A DNA stretch of 63,674 nucleotides, counting the filler, from Octopus bimaculoides (Eukaryota): the NCBI RefSeq assembly GCF_001194135.2. It is 11 parts of 9 records of this genome, joined end to end, with 100 filler letters (N's around TTAATTAATTAA, not from the genome) between each part and the next. Parts side by side here need not be neighbours in the genome. Positions count along the whole stretch, not along the records: positions 16,849 to 37,261 come from NC_068988.1; 10 more parts are not named here. One strand, written 5' to 3'. The notes below the pieces were generated by a model, which saw only the letters and a list, made by a program, of their open reading frames with translations, was not told the DNA's origin and ran no database searches. Shown here piece by piece: positions 24,027 to 37,361 of this stretch; the stretch's first letter is position 1; every line of letters starts with the position of its first letter. The position numbers and the translations under genes are program-made.

Positions 24027-25238
24027 TATTGCTGTTTCTAGCTGACTGAACTAAAGCAGCGTGGAATAAAAGGTCTTGCTCAACGACACAATGCGTCACC
24101 GAGAATCGAACTCACGACCTTATGATCGTGCGTCGAACACCCTAACAACTAAGCCACGTGCCTTCACAGAACTTATGTATTCCCGCTTATATTGTGGCAT
24201 TCCGTCGGTTACGACGACGAGCGTTCAAATTGATCAGATCAACGGAACAGCCTGCACGTGAAATTAACGTGCAAGTGGCTGAGCACTCCACAGACACGTG
24301 TACCCTTAACGTAGTTCTCGGGGAGATTCAGCGTGACACAGAGTGTGACAAGGCTGTCCCTTTTGAAATACAGGTGCAACAGAAACAGGAAGAAAGAGTG
24401 AAAGACTGTTGTGGTGAAAGAGTACAGCAGGGTTCGCGCACCACCCCCTGCCGGAGCCTCGTGCAGCTTTAGGTGTTTTCGCTTAATCGACACTCACAAC
24501 GCCCGGTCTGGTAACCGAAACCGCGATTCTACGACCGCGAGTCCGCTGCCCTAACCACCGGGCCATTGCGCCTCCACACACGCTTATATACACACACACA
24601 CGTGCAGAGAGCAAGGAGTTTCGTATTTGTTACTTTCTTTACGAAGCAAAGTGACTTTCATGACATAATAATGAACTGACAAAATTTGTATAATTAATAT
24701 TTTTAAAAATCGTTTTATCGAAACATTATATACACATATATTTCTTCCCAATAAATCTTTCCCAAATTAAGACGTTGTTTCGCATCTCTTTGTCTAGCTC
24801 TGTAGTTTTATGCGTATTAATTTTAATTTTATCTACTTTTTTATTAGCTGTCAAGACTTGATTGAGTTCTGTTCGTCTCGAAACAACCATTGGTCTCAAA
24901 CTTACAACTAATTAGTCAGAAACCAATCATAAAAAAAAAACCCAGCTTACATCTCTTGTGGGTTTGTCAATGGAAAGAAACATATAAATAAATAATTCTC
25001 TATGGCTGTCACCTCCTTTATTTCGTTCTTCCCCTCTTTCTTATTGTCTTTAATTCTCTCTTCTCCTTATCTTTTACTTCTTCTTTCTTTATATTCACTG
25101 TTCCCGTTTTAAGTGAGTCGCTTCTAATATTGACAACTCATATGTCTCTATTACCCAACGGTAAATATTGTATGGTTTCCCATTTTTAATATTACTTCAT
25201 TTCAATATACTACGTTAGTCATCCTCTCGCTCTCCCCT

Positions 25239-25287
<49 letters not shown>

Positions 25288-25719
25288 CTCTCTGTCTATC
25301 TATCAGTTTATCTGGCTAGCTAACTCACACATGCTCTGTGTCCCCTCTCTCTCTCTCTCGCTTTCTCTCTATCTCTTTTCTCTTCCTATCTATCTAGCTA
25401 ACACACACACACACATATATACCTATACACAGACACAAAGACACACACACACACACACACGCATACACATATGTCTATCTCTCAGTTTATCTCTGTCTTT
25501 CTGTCTCACTATCACAAAGATACACAGACGCATACGACGCGCACACACTCATGCATACATACATATATGTCCATCCATCTATTTATCTATCAATCTATCT
25601 ATTTATATCTATCTATCTACCTATCTATCTATCTACCTATCCATTGTATTTGTCCCATCTTCGTTGAGCCCTGTGTGGCTAATAAAAGAAATGTATCTAC
25701 CTATCCATTTACCTATCTT

Positions 25720-25786
<67 letters not shown>

Positions 25787-25904
25787 AGCTATCTCTACAC
25801 TCATCTCTGTGGAACCAATATCTTTAAGAAATATTATTAGGAAATTGGCGTCGCAAAACAATTTGTTGATTGATATATGTGACGGCTGTCGCACTTCGCC
25901 TCAT

Positions 25905-25920
25905 CACCACCACCATCACA

Positions 25921-26009
<89 letters not shown>
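25905..26009. repeat. (ACT)n microsatellite
   Basis: Direct. Confidence 0.95.
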
Positions 26010-26154
26010 GTTTTCTGCTGATGAGTCTTGTCTTTTTAAAAAGATACAAAAACCGATAAGAGAGTTTCTTGGTTTCAAGAATTGGAAGGTCATCACCATG
26101 AACGTCCTATATAGAACGTGAGGCGGAAATACCTCCCGCATTTTACCCGGCTGT

Positions 26155-26540
26155 GGAGACGCAATGGCCCAGTGGTTAGGGCAGCAGACTCGCGGTCATA
26201 GGATCGCGGTTTCGATTCCCAGACCGGGCGTTGTGAGTGTTTATTGAGCGAAAACACCTAAAGCTCCCCGAGGCTCTAGCAGGGGATGGTGGCGAACCCT
26301 GCTGTACTCTTTCACAACTTTCTCTCTCTCACTCTTATTTCCTGTTTCTGTTGTGCCTGTAATTCAAAGGGTCAGCTGTGTCACACTGTGTCACGCTGAA
26401 TATCCACGAGAACTACGTTAAGGGTATATGTGTCTGTGGAGTGCTCAGCCACTTGCACGTTAGTTTCACGAGCAGGCTGTTCCGTTGATTGGATCAACTG
26501 GAACACTCGACGTCATAAGCGACGGAGTCCCAACAACAAC
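26155..26540 (+). mobile_element. tRNA-derived SINE family B (head GGAGGCGCAATGGCCCAGTGG), representative copy
   Basis: A box and GGTTTCGATTCC B box. Other copies at 24193-24575 (-), 32732-33048 (+), 35345-35722 (+); a variant head with the same 3' half at 23591-24168 (-). Confidence 0.85.
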
Positions 26541-27298
26541 ATTTACCCGCCTATTGCTGTGGGGTCTATTAAAGCTAGTCAAATGGTAATGGCCTCTTCA
26601 TGTATTTAATGTTTTACCCGTTTATTTTCCTATTTCAATTGTGGTTTTGATTTGGTGCACGTTGTGTGTTTGTGATTGAAACATTCAACAAAAAATCGTG
26701 AACCCCGAAGCTGTTTTGTGCCGCAACCCGTGCATGCAGATATGTGCAAACGTGCATTCATACAGATATGCATGCACAGGTATACATAGATATATAAAAA
26801 AATATGTATATGTGTGTGTGTGTGTGTGTGCACGTGTGTATGTGTATGTTTGTGTACGTATATATGTATGTACACACACACATATACATATCTATATATA
26901 AAACTGAGAGTGTGTGCCTGTCTGTCTTTCTGTCTGTCTGTCAGTATGATTGCATCACTAAAACCCGAGAACTACCAAACCAATTTCATTCCAATTTTAG
27001 ACATGACGTACTTAGTGTTGGCCAAAAGTCACCCGACAATAATGAAAAGTTCATAAATACTATGTGTAATTCTGTATTGATTCGAATGGAAAACTTTGTC
27101 GCTCAAGAAGGACTTCAGTTTGGACAGTTTTCATGATATTTCATATTTAGATGCTTTTATTAAATTCATTCTGTTTAACAACAAGATTTATTTGTTTAAT
27201 AAATCTAGGAATTAAATGGCTTTCATTTACTGTCAGGTGACTTTTGGCCAATTCTATATATATATAACATTTTTTGCATATCCCGTTTTGCATATGTA

Positions 27299-27343
<45 letters not shown>

Positions 27344-27773
27344 CTCTATCTATTGGTGCTTAGAGTGAGCAAATGCCATTCTGTTACGTAATAAACGATG
27401 TTCACAAGACTCAACCACTTGATAGTATTTCACATCTACTTCTCAAGTATTGTTTTTATTTTTGGTACTTCGGGGAAAATTTATACTTTGAGTTGACGAA
27501 ATTATATTACTGAAATTAATGTTTAAAATATTTAACAACCAGCCTTTATTTAGATGTTTTAACTGTACATATTATATATTATGTATAGAAAACAAATATT
27601 GTATTAGATGTAATAAAATTTTATTCTATGATGAAATAATCAAATATCGTTTGTAGAGACAGTTAACATTGCCAAGTCTCAGAAGAGTTAAATATATATC
27701 GGGGTAAGGTAATAAATAAATATATAAATAAACGAATAGATAAACTGGATGAAAAATGTATTCATGTAGATGT

Positions 27774-27875
<102 letters not shown>

Positions 27876-28001
27876 CGTGTGTGTGTAGCATTTGATAAGC
27901 AGGCTTTTTGTCAGTGACTGCCATTTTTAATCTAACAAGATGTCGGTGATACAATTCATATATACATACATACATACATACATACATACATACATACATG
28001 T

Positions 28002-28040
<39 letters not shown>

Positions 28041-28116
28041 GAGAGAGAGAGGGGGGAGAGAGAAAGAGATAGATAGATACATAGATAGACATGCATATAC
28101 ATACATATTGGTAGGG

Positions 28117-28286
<170 letters not shown>

Positions 28287-28294
28287 TATATGTA

Positions 28295-28353
<59 letters not shown>

Positions 28354-28674
28354 ATGCATATCCATGTATGTATAAATCAACTCTTTATAACTGCGCAAGA
28401 AACATGCATTTCAATGTCTCCACAACTTCAGCCCCAACTAACAGTGTACCAAAACTAAATCTGACTTGCCAAACCAAACAATCACTTTATTTTGGATACA
28501 ATGAGTAATCAAATACAATGTTTTACTCTCTCTCTCTCTCCTCCCACTATCTCTCCTCTCTCTTTCTCTCTCTGTGTATATACGTGAGAGAGAGAGAGAG
28601 AGAGAGAGAGAGTGTGTGTGTGTGTGACTTCCGAAAGCAACAGAGACGCCTTAAGATCTGTAATTCTTTGCATG

Positions 28675-28900
28675 AAGGCACGTGGTCATTTGGTTAGTGT
28701 GTTGCACTCATAAATGTAAGATGGAGGTTTCGATTCCTCAATCGGGTGGTACGTTATGTTCTTGAGCAAAACACTTCATTTCAAGTCGCCCCAGTTCACT
28801 CGGCTGAAAGTAGGTAACCCAGCGATGGACTGGCGTCCTGTTGTGATTTCGGTCACCAATACACCATAGAAACTGAGCAACCGGCCCTATGAGTCCTTGC
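28675..28900 (+). mobile_element. Diverged tRNA-derived SINE with V-SINE-like CCAGCGATGGACTGGCGTCC segment
   Basis: tRNA-like head (GGTTTCGATTCC) followed by the central motif. Confidence 0.5.
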
Positions 28901-29519
28901 TCTCGAGAAATTATGTCAAGGAGCTGATGATCATGAACTCGTCAGCTCAGTCACTGACGTGACGTCATCCTCAACTGGAGCAGCAGTTGTTTGTCGCCTT
29001 GACTTCTGCAAGAAACTGGCTTCCTGTCAGTTTAGTGACCACCGTAAGGCGGCGAGCTGGCAGAAACGTTAGCATGCCGGGCGAAATGCTTACCGGTATT
29101 TCGTCTGCCGTTACGTTCTGAGTTCAAATCCCGCTGAGGTCGACTTTACCTTTCATCCTTTCGGGTCGATAAATTAAGTACCAGTTACGCACTGGGGTCG
29201 ATGTAATCGACTTAATCCCTTTGTCCTTGTGTGTCCCCTCTATGTTTAGCCCCTTGTGAGCAATAAAGAAATAAGAAACGTTAGCACGCCGGGCGAAATG
29301 CTTAGCGTTATTTCGTCTGCCGCTACGTTCTGCGTTCAAATTCCGCCGAGGTCGAGTTTACCTTTCATCCTTTCAGAGTCGATAAATTAATTACCAGTTG
29401 CGTACTGGGGTCGATCTAATCGACTGGCCCTCTCCCCAAAATTCCGGGCCTTATGCCTAGAGTAGATAAGAATTTCACGACCACTGTTTCTATCAGAAAA
29501 TTTCCAAAGAGAGTATTTT

Positions 29520-30150
29520 TGTCCTAGGAAAGCTAGTCTGTACCACAGTACACCAGATGACCTCTTTACTTCCTCTTTTTCCCACCAATCTTCATCGTTA
29601 AAATACTCTCACCTTGCAGCACTTTACTTCTATGCATTTAGCAACATTTTTCTACCTTTAAGTCTGAAAATCAAAGATTTTGGGTCAGTGAATCTCAACA
29701 ATCTTTTTGCCATGACTCCCAGCCGTTGTTCTCGCATTACGTATCAAGAACATTAAGCAAATTTTCCACCACTTTAATTCATTTTCCTTCCCTTCCTGAT
29801 CTATGAACGTAAAATACTTGCACCTCATCATCTCCCATGCTGATGGCTTTGTTTTTTAACCCCAACACCACACTCGAAACAAATACTCTCACATTTCTCC
29901 AGCTCATGTAACTTGTCCTTACCTTAAATTCCTTCTCACCCGCTGGTATTTCTATCAACATGTTGAACAGAATAACCATGGGCACTTTCATGTATCCCAC
30001 GCCGGCTAACCTGTTTGTAGGATTACATTTCCACCCCGGTATACACGGCGGCCTACGGAGGTATTCGGCCGCTATCTTGTCGACAGCAACGATACGACTT
30101 CACTCTGCAGATAGCTGCCGATGCAGACCGTCACAAGTTACCTTGTAATA
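29520..30150 (-). mobile_element. Very old non-LTR RT remnant
   Basis: VGYMKVPMVILFNMLIE resembles G.RQG...SP.LFN; weak similarity only. Confidence 0.35.
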
Positions 30151-30167
30151 TTATTCGCCCTTGCACG

Positions 30168-30229
<62 letters not shown>

Positions 30230-30238
30230 CCTATCTAC

Positions 30239-30273
<35 letters not shown>

Positions 30274-30446
30274 CCTACCTACCTACCTACCTACCTACCT
30301 ACCCACCTATCTATGTATCTACCTACCTGTCTGCCTGTCATATGTGTTTATTTGTCTATATTCATGAATATATATATATGTATATATGTGTGTGTGTGTG
30401 TCTTGATGGATGTGCGTACGTGTGAGTATGTATTTGTTAGCGTGTT

Positions 30447-30481
<35 letters not shown>

Positions 30482-30537
30482 GTGGGTGTGTATGTGTGTG
30501 AGTTAGTGTGCGTGTTTGTATGCGTGTGTATGTGTGC

Positions 30538-30577
<40 letters not shown>

Positions 30578-30949
30578 GTTTGCGCACGCGCTCTGTTGTT
30601 TCAACAGCTATTCTGACATCTAGTACAGTCGTTGTTTCGAGAGAAGAACATTAAAAATAAAAATAATTAAAAAAAAAAAAAATGGCAACGTCTGTGTTGA
30701 TGTTCTCTACTTTAGAATTTTTTTTCTTATGCGAAATAAAAAAAAGAAATTCATGAGGTTGATTACTTAACGTATTTCGTCTTTTACTTCAACAGCAAAA
30801 ACCGTCTACACAAAATTTACTTGTTTTGAGTAACTCTCCAGATATCAGAACAACTTCTAAATGATGGCCGATTGGTTACAGTTTCAGTATAATAAAAAGA
30901 TTAAAGGTAAAGTTAGCAGAGATAAAAGAAAGTAATGGAAATTAGTTGG

Positions 30950-31330
30950 TCTGCTTAAGCCAATGAAATTTTTGAAAATAAGCCGAATAGTTTGCTTACA
31001 GTTAGTATTATACTGAAAGTTTTGTGAGATTAGCTAGTCTCTATGGAAATATCTCTCCAACAGAACTATAATTAGTTGTGTTGACATGAATATTAAACAA
31101 CGAGACTTATAACAGGTGCAATAATTTGGTAGAGAGCTGTAGATGGCCGTATCGATAAGAGAATATCCGAGCGAATGACGACGAGAAAAGTATTAATTTG
31201 CGATCGAGATATCGCTTTACTTACAAATGAGGTAGACAGGACAGATCGTTTGTTGTACCTTTTCGAGTTAATATATCTCCGATATGTTGTCGAACCTAGA
31301 ATCAAGAAGTTTTAAGTTCTGATTTCCATC
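30950..31330 (+). mobile_element. Very old RTE-like RT remnant
   Basis: DIALLTNEVDRTDRLL resembles the (FAD)DIALL motif region; heavily decayed. Confidence 0.45.
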
Positions 31331-34300
31331 TCTTGTTGAATTATCTCGAGTAGAAATTTAGTTCTTTGGGAATGGGGTTTTAAGTTAATCTGTTCTGTAA
31401 AATAGCAACGTATGATACGAAAGGAAAATGGCGACTGCATTGACAGTTCTTTATGACGAGGTGAAGTCAGTTAATCGCATTTACAGTTCAATAGAATACA
31501 ATGTGTGTTGAAGTAGGCTTAGTTTCTGGATAAAAGAAATCGGTAGAAGAAAATTGATTTGTTTTGAGTAACTTTGCCATTCACCTTTTCCATTTTTCAG
31601 TCATAGAGTTGTGGCCATGCTGGAGCACTGATCTGAATTGTTTAGTGGCACAAATCAACTCCCAGTACTTATTTTTTGGGAGCTCATTCTATCGGTCTCT
31701 GTTGCCGACGCACTAAGTCACGTAAAAAAACCAACAGCGATCGAGAAACGATGGTGGGACATAAACAAACAGAAACACACACAAATGTCGATACGACGAG
31801 GTTCCACACAGTTTCCGCCTCGAAATTCACTCATCAAGTATTGGTGAGCGCGGGGCTGTTTGTGATGACCCTTGCAAAAGGTTCCGTGCATTAGCCTGGA
31901 CTCTAAACCGTGTAGTTTCAACTGATAACTGTTCCATTAAGATTACAAAGTTATTTGACACTGTTTTTCTTTGAGCCCCAGGACTCATGGGACGGGGCTG
32001 TTACTCGGTTTCCATGGCGTGTAACATGGACCGAGATCACAACATTATCCCTGAAAGGGGCCTCAGTCCGTTGCAGGGTTCAAGGCCAGCAGTCTTGAGG
32101 GGAGAGGGACAAGGGGATTACATCGACCCCAGCCCTTGATCGGAACTGAAGGGATGAAACGCAAAATTGTCTCATTTGAACTCAGAACATAAAGAGTCGA
32201 AAGAAATGTTACTCAGCATTTTACCCTTGAGCACTAACGATTTTAACTGATCGCTGCCTTATTTGAACATTATAGCTGTAATAAAATGAATTAAAGAATG
32301 AATGAAGGCTCTATTGCGATTTTATTAGGTCAATATTTGTGCACAAAGGCGAAAAGAAGAAAGCTTCATCGTAGTTCCAAACCCCCAGTTGCCAACCGAA
32401 CTCATACTACGTAGATAACTGGATGAACTGCATTCAGAGCAGAGATATTCCCTGTTATATTCTGTCCATTAAACATTCTCTTCTACTATTTATTCTGTTC
32501 ATTTATGTCGTCTGCTTACGTAGTTTAGATCTGACTGTTACAACATTCAATAACTCAACAGTTCACTGCAAACTTCTCTCTGTTTACATAAACATAGAGC
32601 GTCCAGTTCATATGTTTGTTCCTTACACCTCGTTTGATTCATAACTGTTTTACGAGGAAACTGGCGATATACACGAAGCAGTCTAACAGCTAACCGTAAC
32701 CGGTTTGATCATAGATTATTGTCCCTGTTGTGGAGGCGCAATGACCCAGTGGTTAGGGCAGCGGACTCGCGGTCATAGGATGGCGGTTTCGATTCCCAGA
32801 CAGGGTGTTGTGAGTGTTTATTGAGCGAAGAACCTAAAAGTTCCACGAGGCTCCGGCAGGGGATGGTGGTGGACCCTGCTGTACTCTTTCGCCACAACTT
32901 TCTCTCACGCTGAATATCCCCGAGAACTACGTTAAGTGTACACGTGTCTGTGGAGTGCTCAGCCACTTGCACGTTAATTTCACGAGCAGGCTGTTCCGTT
33001 GATCGGATCAACTGGAACCCTCGACGTCGTAAGCGTCGTAGTGCTAACAATCTGTAAAAGACCAACACAGTTAAAACTCTATGTGCAATAATAAAATCTT
33101 TTGTTCATTGTACGCGGATGTTGTTGAGTTACTTCTTCACGCAGCCCAAGAAACACATTTCCATTCATCAACTCAGCCAGTCAGCATCTCACATCAGCCA
33201 ACAAACGCTCTCGCGACATAGGTTTAATCTAATAAGCTTAAAGGTTAATCTGACTTCTTCGGTTTCAAAACCATCGAAGCCGATATTCATTGAAGTAATC
33301 ATTATATACGCTCCATTAATTAACTTTGTTCCATTTAATGACATTAAATCTCGTCTGTTACTGTGAACCTTCTGTAACCGGAAGGATTGGGAAAGCCGGG
33401 AGCACGTGATAGTTTTGATTACATTGCACTGACGTCTCTGTACGGGAAATAAGTACTATATAAGCGAAGCATTCTCTGCTGTGTATTATGGACGGTTTAC
33501 ATTTATTAATCAAGGTCTTCTTTAAACACGCAGAAAATCACACACAGACACACAGACAGAGGCACAGATCCATTGTGTTGTCAGATAAATTCGTACGTGT
33601 TTTTTCTTTTCTACTTTGCACGCTAATCGTCATTTGACTAAAAAGAGGCTGAATTTATTTCAATTACAAAAATGATAAGCAAAAGTTGTTGAGGAGGAAT
33701 AGAGCTACAAAAGAACATTATGAAACACTACGAAGAATTATATTTGGAGTTAGTTCAAATAACATTGGAGAGAAACGAATGAATTTATATGACAATGCAC
33801 ACATACATGCACACATCCATACATAGATACATACATACATAAAGGTATACATGCATGCATACATACATACATAAATGTATGCATGTATGCATAACATACA
33901 TACGCATGTACTTACACATGCATACGCACATACATACATACACACGTACGTACATACGTGCGTACACACATACATACGTGCATACATACATACGCACATA
34001 CATGCATATATACATAGATACATACATGCATACAGTGCATAAATACATACATTCAGGGAAGATTTTTAAAGCATTCCAAAGATTCTTGAACTGAAATTCT
34101 CTGGAGGAATAGGTGCACACGCCCAAGTGTGTGTGCGTGTGCATCGACAGTTCTACCCACACACCAACTGAGTTACATATTCACAAACACCGGGAATTCT
34201 CTAAGCTCAAAAAATCTTGTCACAAGAATTCTCTTAAAAAAGAACTTAAATAAAACGAGAGGATACTGGCGAATATTCTTTTCTACTCTGGGCACAACGC

Positions 34301-35093
34301 CCGAAATTTTGAAGGTGGGGGCCAGTCGATTAGATCTACCCCAGTACGCAACTGGTAGTTAATTTATCGATTCCGAAAGGATGAAAGGCAAAGTCAACCT
34401 CGGTGGAATTTGAACTCAGAACGTAACGGCGACGAAATACCGCTAATCATTTCGCCCAGCCTGCTAACGTTTCTGCAAACTCGCCGCCTTAAAATATACT
34501 TTTCTACTCTAGGCACAAGGCCCGAAATTTTGGTCGTGGAGGCCAGTCGATTAGATCGATCTCGGTACGCAACTGGTACTAAATTTATCGACCCCGAAAG
34601 GATGAAAGACAAAGTCGACCTCGGTGGAATTTGAACTCAGAACATAAAGATATACGAAATACCGCTAAGTATGCTAACGATTCTGCCAGCTCGCCGCCCA
34701 GGAAACTGGAGAATATTCTAGCGGAACAGATAGGCGGAAGAGAAACAAACAAGGAAGATAGTTTTCCGACATCGAAACGAACAAAGAAAATATGTAAATT
34801 GTCTTACGACTACAACGGGACAGGAGTGAGCGGAGTTATTGCCAAAGAAAAATACGGAAGAATACCTTTCTGCTGGTAAAACAAACAACGACATGAATCA
34901 AAGTGGATAGTAAGACAATAGAGAAGAATGTGCAGAAGAGAAGAGAACAGAAAGTGGAGAGAAAGGGAGTGGTGAGAGAGAGGAAGGGAGAGAGAGGGAG
35001 AGATACACACACACATACACACAGCTAAAAACATAATATATAAATATATATGCTGACGCGAGCATGTATATGTATATATGTACATGCATGTAT

Positions 35094-35137
<44 letters not shown>

Positions 35138-36626
35138 NNNNNNNNNNNNNNNNNNNNNNNNNNNNNNNNNNNNNNNNNNNNNNNNNNNNNNNNNNNNNNN
35201 NNNNNNNNNNNNNNNNNNNNNNNNNNNNNNNNNNNNNNNNNNNNNNNNNNNNNNNNNNNNNNNNNNNNNNNNNNNNTATATATATACAGATAGATAGATA
35301 GATAGATAGATAGATGGATAGATAGATAGTGTATGTATGTGTGTGGAGGTGCAGTGGCCCAGTGGTTAGGGCCGCGGAATCGCGGTCGTCGAATCACGGT
35401 TTTGATTCCCAGACCGGTCGTTGTGAGTGTTTATTGAGTGAAAACACCCAATGCTCTACGAGGCACCGGCAGGAGATGGTGGGGAACCCTGGTGTACTCT
35501 TTCACCACGACTTTCTCTCACTCTTTCTTCCTGTTTCTGTTGTACCTGCATTTCAAAGGGGGCGAGCCTTGTCACACCCTGTGTCACGCTGAATCTCGTT
35601 AAGGGTACACGTGTCCGTTGAGTGCTCAGCCACTTATACGTTAATTTCACGAGTAGGCTGTTTCGTTGATCGGATCAACTGGAACCGTTGTCGTCGTAGC
35701 CGACGGAGTGCCACGACGACGATGTATGTGTATATATATACATATATATNNNNNNNNNNNNNNNNNNNNNNNNNNNNNNNNNNNNNNNNNNNNNNNNNNN
35801 NNNNNNNNNNNNNNNNNNNNNNNNNNNNNNNNNNNNNNNNNNNNNNNNNNNNNNNNNNNNNNNNNNNNNNNNNNNNNNNNNNNNNNNNNNNNNNNNNNNN
35901 NNNNNNNNNNNNNNNNNNNNNNNNNNNNNNNNNNNNNNNNNNNNNNNNNNNNNNNNNNNNNNNNNNNNNNNNNNNNNNNNNNNNNNNNNNNNNNNNNNNN
36001 NNNNNNNNNNNNNNNNNNNNNNNNNNNNNNNNNNNNNNNNNNNNNNNNNNNNNNNNNNNNNNNNNNNNNNNNNNNNNNNNNNNNNNNNNNNNNNNNNNNN
36101 NNNNNNNNNNNNNNNNNNNNNNNNNNNNNNNNNNNNNNNNNNNNNNNNNNNNNNNNNNNNNNNNNNNNNNNNNNNNNNNNNNNNNNNNNNNNNNNNNNNN
36201 NNNNNNNNNNNNNNNNNNNNNNNNNNNNNNNNNNNNNNNNNNNNNNNNNNNNNNNNNNNNNNNNNNNNNNNNNNNNNNNNNNNNNNNNNNNNNNNNNNNN
36301 NNNNNNNNNNNNNNNNNNNNNNNNNNNNNNNNNNNNNNNNNNNNNNNNNNNNNNNNNNNNNNNNNNNNNNNNNNNNNNNNNNNNNNNNNNNNNNNNNNNN
36401 NNNNNNNNNNNNNNNNNNNNNNNNNNNNNNNNNNNNNNNNNNNNNNNNNNNNNNNNNNNNNNNNNNNNNNNNNNNNNNNNNNNNNNNNNNNNNNNNNNNN
36501 NNNNNNNNNNNNNNNNNNNNNNNNNNNNNNNNNNNNNNNNNNNNNNNNNNNNNNNNNNNNNNNNNNNNNNNNNNNNNNNNNNNNNNNNNNNNNNNNNTAT
36601 ATATATATACGCACCTGTGTATATAT

Positions 36627-36658
<32 letters not shown>

Positions 36659-37084
36659 GCATACACATATATACACCACACACACATGCACAAATACACA
36701 CACACATATATGTGCAGACGACATAAATGTTGGCAATAAAAATACTTTGGTTGTTCATAAATGATGTATTACCACACAAGATAATAACAAACGATTAGAT
36801 TACATAATTGGAGCGGTTCGAGTCGGCCAAAGAAGCTACCATAGCTGTTTATCGGTAAATAATAGCGCTGACATTTTCGCATCATCAATTAAGTATTATT
36901 GGAAATTCCTTACTTATCCGACCATTTAAAAATGCTTGCAGTGTAATTCTTGGTAGTTGAATATAAGCAATTCTAGAGAAAGGAACCCTACCATTACCAC
37001 CCCCTAAACTTCCCACCCCGACGCCGCCGCCGTCACCATGTCACCGTCGCCGTCGCAACCGCCCTTTTGTTATTATTATTATTA

Positions 37085-37127
<43 letters not shown>

Positions 37128-37361
37128 GATATTTGCTAAGAAAATGAAACGGTAAATGGCGGTGCTTCTCGACTTTTCCCCCCACACACTCCACCCTTCA
37201 AAGCGTCCGCTACCATCGTCGCTACAACCACGACAGTCACCAGTGCCACCGCCACCACCACNNNNNNNNNNNNNNNNNNNNNNNNNNNNNNNNNNNNNNN
37301 NNNNNTTAATTAATTAANNNNNNNNNNNNNNNNNNNNNNNNNNNNNNNNNNNNNNNNNNNN

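Noticed and set aside
26017-26070. CTGATGA followed by a hairpin (possible hammerhead); similar cores at ~15430 (-), 22639 and 44708
   Set aside because: No correctly placed GAAA, or stems I/II/III do not pair.
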